64,000 nucleotides of DNA from Synechococcus sp. Its GTDB lineage: Bacteria > Cyanobacteriota > Cyanobacteriia > PCC-6307 > Cyanobiaceae. How positions within the stretch are numbered: position 1 is the stretch's first letter; the number at the start of each line of letters is the position of its first letter. The stretch lies in NCBI GenBank assembly GCA_047284725.1, contig JBJBEO010000001.1, positions 736,001 through 800,000 of the forward strand, given 5' to 3'. The notes below the pieces were generated by a model. It searched no databases. It worked only from the letters and a program-made list of their open reading frames with translations, and was not told the DNA's origin. The position numbers and the translations under genes were made by a program. Shown piece after piece: positions 57,826 to 64,000 of this stretch.

Positions 57826-58686
57826 TTGCCTTGGCAGAACTGCTGGGAGAGGGTTCAATCAATTGAAGCGGTCGCATGGGTCGACCACGCACCAGTATTC
57901 CCCTCATTTGCCGGTAATCCCATGGTCAAGCCTTTGCCGCCTTCTCGGAAGAGGGTGCGCAAGTCTTTCTCTCCTGTTCTGATCGCGATCCTCACCGCTC
58001 TCCCCCTTGTCGTGCTGGCCGGCCTGCATGCGCTCTTGCTCATCATGGCGTGGCTCGGCTCAAGCATGAAAAGTGCAAATGGTGGTGAAGTCGGGTTGAT
58101 GAGCTGGGTCTTGTTAGCACTCGCAACAGGGACCACAGTCGCCTCTGCAGGGGCCGCAGTCGTTGGTGTGCTGTTGGCTCCACGGCGCCCACGCGTCAAC
58201 TCTTGGCGTTCCCTTGGCATCGGCTGGTGTCTTTTGGCGGTGTCCGTGATTTCGACCATCGCAATGTTCACAATTGATTCAATTCGGAATGCTCAGCTAG
58301 GTCGTGAGCTCGATCAGCGCTATGCACCGAAGCGTCTGGCCGAGAACCGCGACCTACTTGACAGCGCGCTGATCAAAGCAGAGTGTGCGGATGGGGTCAC
58401 ATTGACCCTTAATCGCAAGGTTTTCAGTGATGGTGACAGCGTGATGAGTGTTAGAGCCATTCCAGCTGATCGCAGCCGCCAAAATGACATCCTTGTCATC
58501 CTGGGTAGCGACTCCAAAGTGTTGGCTGCAGTTTTGGCGACAGACCGATCCGATCTGGAAACCTACAAAGCACGGGGACTTCAATCTGAGCCCTACAAAT
58601 CGCAGGGTCTGCGCTCATGCCAACTGAAAATCGATGCAATGCTCACGGAGCTTGAATCGTTCGTTCAGTCCCACTCACAACCATAA
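57826..58686 (+). CDS. Membrane hypothetical protein (start uncertain)
   Basis: Three TM segments followed by a soluble domain. Confidence 0.6.
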   Translation: MPWQNCWERVQSIEAVAWVDHAPVFPSFAGNPMVKPLPPSRKRVRKSFSPVLIAILTALPLVVLAGLHALLLIMAWLGSSMKSANGGEVGLMSWVLLALATGTTVASAGAAVVGVLLAPRRPRVNSWRSLGIGWCLLAVSVISTIAMFTIDSIRNAQLGRELDQRYAPKRLAENRDLLDSALIKAECADGVTLTLNRKVFSDGDSVMSVRAIPADRSRQNDILVILGSDSKVLAAVLATDRSDLETYKARGLQSEPYKSQGLRSCQLKIDAMLTELESFVQSHSQP

Positions 58687-58760
58687 GATCGCTGCACTCG
58701 ACACCTGATTGGGCTTAGAAAATAAGCTGCATTGGAATCCACCACTGCGTCCAACACCAA

Positions 58761-59045
58761 TCAGTGCAGGAGTTGATCCTGCAAGTCAGCTCCTGCTGGT
58801 GAACATCTGACCCAGCCGCTCTTGAGCATCGTCTGCCACGCCTCGATGGCGTTATGCCGGAGCATCCGCCGTACGACGGGCCGCCCACCACCACGCAGCG
58901 GCCTGGTCTCGATCTCAACCCATTGGGCATGGGCTGAGGCCAACGCATTCCGGAAGCAGACCACCAGCTGCTCCTGTTCATTCAGAAGCCACCCTTCCCC
59001 GTTTTTCTGCGGGTGGGGCTCAGGGTGCTGGCTCTTGCGTTCCAA
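58761..59045 (-). CDS. DUF1651-type protein
   Basis: EGWL...F...RRMLRHNAIEAWQTMLKSGW. Confidence 0.75.
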   Translation of the reverse strand: MERKSQHPEPHPQKNGEGWLLNEQEQLVVCFRNALASAHAQWVEIETRPLRGGGRPVVRRMLRHNAIEAWQTMLKSGWVRCSPAGADLQDQLLH

Positions 59046-59631
59046 TCGATTCGAACTCGCCGGTCTCGCTCCTCTTTTAACGGCTCCGGAATGCGCTCAG
59101 CGTTCAAACCTCTGCGCGGGCATTCCGTCCTTAAAGAGGAAAAGGCTGGAGTCGGCTTCTGCCCTGCTCAGCTGCCTAGAACGCAAAATGCCAGCTCATG
59201 CTCCAAACCTGGACGTTGCCCCGAGGACGGTCGAAAGTCGCAGGCGAACACCTCGGCCTTGCTGGCTGCCGCCAGGGAGCAGGGGCGAGCGCGGTGCGGT
59301 TCATGGGGATCGGTTGTCGGTGGCTTTAAAAGGAGGACATTTGTTGTGCCCAATCTGAGGATGCTTAGAGTCATTTTCACCAATCATGGTGATGGCCAGT
59401 TTGGATCACTCCTTTTCTCTTGCATCGACTCGTTCCCCGAGCATTTACTGATGCAAAGGTTGGATTTTCTGTTTGCTCTGGAAAAGCCGATGAAATCAAA
59501 ATAGTCCGTATTGATGGCTGTTCATACAAGATGGCGATGTCTTCTAACCCATCCTTACTGATTGCAATTCTCCCTGATGCAGTTGTCTTCACGCCTTTAG
59601 ACGTTTTTGTTGTCGGTGGCCAAAGAGATGA

Positions 59632-59952
59632 TCAGCGACAGGCAACTTTGATCCATTCTTCGCCAACTGACTTGGGTTTGTAGGAAGCCCATGTCTGGTC
59701 AGCATTGAGATATGACTTGTTCTTGCAGTCAAACGGTTGGATCCATTCATTTAAAGAGCCATCAGGCTCAATGGTGATCATTTGGGTATAGATTTTGTTG
59801 CCTTGTTTCGCCACTTTTTTCATGAAATGCATCTCGCCGTCAACGGATTGATTGACGAATTCAAATCCGGCTGGGAGGTCAGGAATCGCAGAAGCGGGGG
59901 TCATGGAAGCCATCAGGCCGAGGACAGGAGCAAAGACGATGCGATCAATCAT
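59632..59952 (-). CDS. Secreted hypothetical protein
   Basis: Signal peptide; FDC...VAC Cys pair. Confidence 0.6.
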   Translation of the reverse strand: MIDRIVFAPVLGLMASMTPASAIPDLPAGFEFVNQSVDGEMHFMKKVAKQGNKIYTQMITIEPDGSLNEWIQPFDCKNKSYLNADQTWASYKPKSVGEEWIKVACR

Positions 59953-60339
59953 TGTCTGTGCGGTAGCTTGAGAATCGTTATTTTACGCGTTGGCTTACAA
60001 AGCAGGAGCTGGTGGCACCAGTCGTTCAGGCCACGTCTTCACCAGTTTGAACAAGAGCGAAGGCGAAAAGAGGCTGTGGATCCTTCGTTCGGTGTTCGTT
60101 GGGGGAAACTCGATCACTTCGGAATGATCGAAGACTGTGCAAATTGCAGCGACGACGGTCGCAGGGTGACTTCCCCATTGAGGACATTGGTTGTGCCTCA
60201 AGGTCTTCAATGCACTCTGTGAAGTCTTGGTGCCTTGGCGATGCCGCTAAGGCTGTGACTCCATTTGGTGTTTTCGAAAGCTATTTCAAGCCTGTGCGGA
60301 ACTGAGCTGTCTCACTGCAGCCGTCGTGTTGTGCTTGCG

Positions 60340-60516
60340 TCAGAGCCCCTGGCTCTGACGCAGAATCCAGGCCGAAGCAGCTTGCTGTTGCTTCCAGGCT
60401 AAGAGAAGGTCTTTGGCGATACTGCGCAGTGCTTGCGGATCGTCCGAGTTGTCAATTTCGCGTGAGAACTTCTCGATCTCAAATTTCTGGCCCAGAGTCA
60501 GAGCGATCGGGTCCAT
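60340..60516 (-). CDS. NblA-like small protein
   Basis: MDPIALTLGQKFEIEKFSREID...LRSIAKDLLLAW, resembling the NblA L(T/S)LEQxF pattern. Confidence 0.55.
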   Translation of the reverse strand: MDPIALTLGQKFEIEKFSREIDNSDDPQALRSIAKDLLLAWKQQQAASAWILRQSQGL

Positions 60517-61575
60517 TAGCTTGTTGCTGCGTAAGCAGAACCTACTCTGGAAATTTCGCTGCAGCAAATTAAAAACGTCGTGATTGCAACCGATTGGGCG
60601 CAAACATGATCAGCTCAATACATTGCTGGCATTACAGAACATTGCCTAACGCTGCTGATCGTTCGTATCGCAAGGGCTTATGGGCTTAGAAAGTGCTGAC
60701 ATGACTGGATCGGATGCATTTTTCCTGGGAGAAACATCTGCAATTGTCCCGAAATGTAGCGGTTGCGTCAGACGAGAATCAGGGTTTCGCTCTCGCCCTC
60801 ATGGGCATCGCCTTGACGCTTCTTGCCAACGATTTGCTGGCTCATGAAACGCAAGCGGCACCGTTGTCGTCGTTCCAGGCCTGAACGAACGCAGTCGCGG
60901 GTCTTGAGTGATTTGACCAACAAGGCAGCAATATTGGTGGAAGGGGGGATGAGCAGTTCATTCACCTCATCGCTCTGGATCGTTGGAAGCCTCGAAGTGA
61001 TGGAGCCACGAGCAGGCTTGATCGCTTTCGTCAGAGGCCTAGGGGTGCCACGGTTCCGACATGCCGACCAGTCGCTTCGCTTTCCGGTAGCTCTCGTTCA
61101 TGGCTCGTATGTGGCCTTCCATGCATTTGTCGTAAGCCTTCAGTTCAAGGCTTAGAGCTTCTTCTTTGCTTGCAGGTGCCAAGTCATTGGCGTTGGCCTT
61201 CTCGCGCTTCATCCATAAATCGCTGAGGATCCGATGATGGCTTGTGTGCGCAGATGTGCATGGGCGATTGTGACTGGCCGAACGCTCTTCATCTTTTCTT
61301 CATCGGTTTTGTGTCGTAGCGGTTTGGTTTTGTGATTCGTCGTGCAAAGTCTCTCGCTTTCGCGTTTGTTTTTGCTGACAGCAATGTTTGCGTCTTGTGA
61401 TCAGGTGTTGAGGCCTTGGATGGGATTGGCTCAAACGTCTCGCTGCACGTTGTGATCATTCCTGGCTCGAGTGCAAGGGGTATGGCGACATTGGGCTTCA
61501 GGATGGGGCGACAATCCAGCCGATTTGTATCCCTGCGAACGACCGCGAAGTCAACAAGTCATATATGAAGAGCTT

Positions 61576-61589
61576 GTAGCATTTGCTAC
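61576..61589 (+). promoter_or_regulatory. NtcA binding site
   Basis: GTA-GCATTTGC-TAC fits GTA-N8-TAC exactly, directly before the riboswitch. Confidence 0.75.
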
Positions 61590-61592
61590 CGA

Positions 61593-61656
61593 CGTTCACC
61601 TCCTCGTCGGGGAGGCGCAGTTCGATTCAGGCCATGGAACGGGGACCTGAACTTGC
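61593..61656 (+). promoter_or_regulatory. Glutamine riboswitch (Downstream-peptide class)
   Basis: CGTTCACCTC...GAGGCGCAGTTCGATTCAGGCCATGGAACGGGGACCTGAACTTG upstream of a YRG-motif peptide. Confidence 0.85.
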
Positions 61657-61671
61657 TTCGAGGAACCTTCA

Positions 61672-61833
61672 ATGACTCTGACCTATCGCGGGCAGCAGTA
61701 CGCACAGCACAGCACTTCAACTGCTGGCAATGTTCAACTCACCTATCGCGGTCAGCACTACGGCCAACACAAGGCTGCAGTGACGAAAACGCATCATGTG
61801 GGCACCTACCGCGGTGCTCGCTTCTCCAAGTGA
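61672..61833 (+). CDS. DUF4278 family peptide (53 aa)
   Basis: MTLTYRGQQY...LTYRGQHY...GTYRGARFSK; GAGG SD. Confidence 0.85.
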   Translation: MTLTYRGQQYAQHSTSTAGNVQLTYRGQHYGQHKAAVTKTHHVGTYRGARFSK

Positions 61834-61854
61834 TCACCCATCAGTGATGCGATC

Positions 61855-61878
61855 AGCCCCGCTTCGGCGGGGCTTTTT
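61855..61878 (+). terminator. Rho-independent terminator
   Basis: AGCCCCGC-TTCG-GCGGGGCT followed by a T-run. Confidence 0.85.
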
Positions 61879-62012
61879 CGTGGGCAACCAATCCCTCAGG
61901 TGTCGTCAGTCACTCCTGTCCCATCCATCCGCTCAGGTCTGACTTGATCAGTGCAGTCTGAACGGCTTCAGCCGTTCAGACTGCTCCGCAAGGTTGTCGC
62001 TCTGAATCGTCA

Positions 62013-63281
62013 ATGCCTCTCAAGCGTCAGGACAGGCTCACGCTCCAGGGTCTTCTGCAGGCCCTGGGCCCTGGCATTCTTCTGGCGGCAGCAGCGATTG
62101 GTGGCTCCCACCTGGTGGCGTCAACCCAGGCCGGTGCTTTGTATGGCTTGGGTCTCCTCGGGCTGCTGCTGCTCGCCAATCTGTTCAAGTACCCCTTCCT
62201 CCTGGTGGGCAGTCGTTTTACGGCTGTGACCGGACGGAGTCTTCTGGAGGGTTACGTCCGGCACCGTCCCTGGTATCTGCCTCTTTATCTTCTGATCACG
62301 CTGAGCACGGGTGTCGCCAACATCGCCGCTGTCGTGCTGCTCGCTGGCAGCCTTGCCACAGCCTTTCTTCCTTGGGCGGCGGGCCCCCTGGCCCTCCTGC
62401 TCCTCACAATCTGTCTGCTGATCCTGCTGCTGGGCCAGTATCGAACCCTGGATCGACTGAGCAAGGTTGTGGTCAGTCTTCTGGTGCTCTGCACGGTCGC
62501 TGCCACTGCAGTTGCGTTGGTGCGTGGACCCTCTGTCAGCGATCTGAGCGTTCTGTTCACGCCCTCTCCCTGGACGCTGGCCTCCCTTCCTTTTGTCGTG
62601 GCACTCCTGGGCTGGATGCCCTGTCCTCTTGATCTATCGGCCTGGTCTTCGTTGTGGATTTATGCACGCGAGCAGGACTCGGGTCACCACAGCACCCCTG
62701 CTGAAGTCGAGGCCGACTTCAAGATCGGTTATGCCGCCACCGTGTTGATGGCTGTGTTGTTCCTCGTTCTCGGTGCGTGGGTGATGCACGGAACGGGAAC
62801 GATATTCTCTCCGCAGGGAGCGGCCTTCTCCCAGCAACTGATTGAGCTTTATACAGCGACTCTGGGCTCATGGGCCTATCCCCTGATTGCCTTCACGGCC
62901 TTCATCACAATGTTCAGCACAGCGCTCACGTGTCTGGATGGCTATCCCCGCTCCGCTTCTGCTGCGCTGCGTCTCTGGCAAGGCCATGAGGGCAGGGCTG
63001 TTCTCAACGCTGCCAGTCAGAGGCTCTGGATCTTGATCCATTTCGGACTGGCGGCCATGGTTCTGGCCTGGTGGAGCGGTTCGATGGGGTCTCTGGTGAC
63101 ATCGGCGATGTGGATTTCCTTCCTGACCACGCCCGTGCTGGCTTGGATGAATCTTCAGGTGATGCAAAGCTCGCAGGTGCCCCCCGAAGACAGATTCGGC
63201 CCGGGTCTGCGTCTGACGGCCTGGACAGGGCTCGGCTTCTTGACGTCGTTGGTTGTGTTGTTCCTGATGACACGACTCTGA
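62013..63281 (+). CDS. NRAMP-like divalent metal transporter
   Basis: LGPGILLAAAAIGGSHLV, GWMP, TMFST..LDGYPR; about 11 TM segments. Confidence 0.8.
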   Translation: MPLKRQDRLTLQGLLQALGPGILLAAAAIGGSHLVASTQAGALYGLGLLGLLLLANLFKYPFLLVGSRFTAVTGRSLLEGYVRHRPWYLPLYLLITLSTGVANIAAVVLLAGSLATAFLPWAAGPLALLLLTICLLILLLGQYRTLDRLSKVVVSLLVLCTVAATAVALVRGPSVSDLSVLFTPSPWTLASLPFVVALLGWMPCPLDLSAWSSLWIYAREQDSGHHSTPAEVEADFKIGYAATVLMAVLFLVLGAWVMHGTGTIFSPQGAAFSQQLIELYTATLGSWAYPLIAFTAFITMFSTALTCLDGYPRSASAALRLWQGHEGRAVLNAASQRLWILIHFGLAAMVLAWWSGSMGSLVTSAMWISFLTTPVLAWMNLQVMQSSQVPPEDRFGPGLRLTAWTGLGFLTSLVVLFLMTRL

Positions 63282-63739
63282 GCAGAGTCATCGTTGTCAT
63301 GTCAAACAGGCTTTTGATGGGTCGCAATCCATGCTCTGGCTCAAGCAGCTTCCCCAAGTCGCGAGCTGTCTCTGAAGTCCGCAGCTTCCCAGTCAGCCAG
63401 TTGTTCGAAAAGCTCCTCTGCTTCCTTGTGCCTGCCAAGACGACTTAATTCTTTGATCTTTCGTATGGCAGCTCTCTTCTCTCGACGTGATAGGGGCACG
63501 ACAATGGGAGAAACTTCACCGGTTTTCTCTCACTCCGCAATCCATGTCATCGTTGGCGTGGACGCTCTTTTGATTGGTGAATCCTGGGCGCAGCTCTCCT
63601 GCGAATGCCCGGCTTGGTCAGTCTTTCTCCATGTTGACCGTGAACATTGTCTTGGCGAGGTGATGACACCTGATCGCAAGCTGATCAAGCTCTGGCCAGC
63701 GTCCTCCGGCAAAATTGTTCAGTGCAGAGTGTGGCTGGG

Positions 63740-64000
63740 ATGATTCGCACGACGCTCACCGCCCTCGCGTTGCTTGGCCTTCTGGCTCCTGCTCAGGCCA
63801 GCGTCTATGCCGAGCAGCAGAAGGACGGCTCGTGGAAAGTCAGTCGTTACGACGACGGGGACCCAACGGTGAGCGTCACCTACCGAGACCAAGGGGGGAC
63901 CGAGCCTTTGATTGACTTCAGCGAACGCGCTGAATATCCCGGTGGTCTGTGGCTGATCGGCACCACGGTGCAGATGACGAACAATGAGTGGCGGGGCTAT
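63740..64000 (+). CDS. Secreted hypothetical protein (runs off window end)
   Basis: MIRTTLTALALLGLLAPAQA signal peptide; frame open to the end. Confidence 0.6.
   Translation, partial: MIRTTLTALALLGLLAPAQASVYAEQQKDGSWKVSRYDDGDPTVSVTYRDQGGTEPLIDFSERAEYPGGLWLIGTTVQMTNNEWRGY

Overview
Picocyanobacterial (marine Synechococcus-like) chromosomal window with four parts. (1) 1-20.4 kb is accessory catabolic DNA: tandem DUF1254/DUF1214 proteins, flavin amine oxidase, an FGE/arylsulfatase/sulfotransferase/AraC cluster, an MFS transporter, a multi-domain GH18 chitinase and a GH116 glycosidase. (2) 20.4-30.8 kb is core-like: ribD, NfeD-flotillin-flotillin, ion channel, ftsH, argF, lexA, tRNA-Ala(GGC). 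(3) 30.8-57.05 kb is a ~26 kb integrative element bounded by an exact 47-bp duplication of the tRNA-Ala 3' end. It carries a tyrosine integrase, an excisionase-like gene, a replication module and two small-terminase-like genes (tycheposon/PICI-like). Its cargo is a mosaic of candidate defence genes (J-domain+HNH pair, PD-(D/E)XK, Zn-ribbon-HEPN), secreted nucleases and small genes. (4) 57-64 kb has island-like small genes, an NblA-like gene, an NtcA site plus glutamine riboswitch ahead of a DUF4278 gene, and an NRAMP-like transporter. The most unusual signals are inside the element and non-coding: two diverged copies of a ~415-465 nt covarying structured RNA-like element, three copies of a ~140 nt three-hairpin motif, and repeated orphan 3' ends of the terS-like, cyAbrB and DUF1651 genes at cargo junctions. 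All family calls come from motif recognition by eye; no database searches or folding programs were run.
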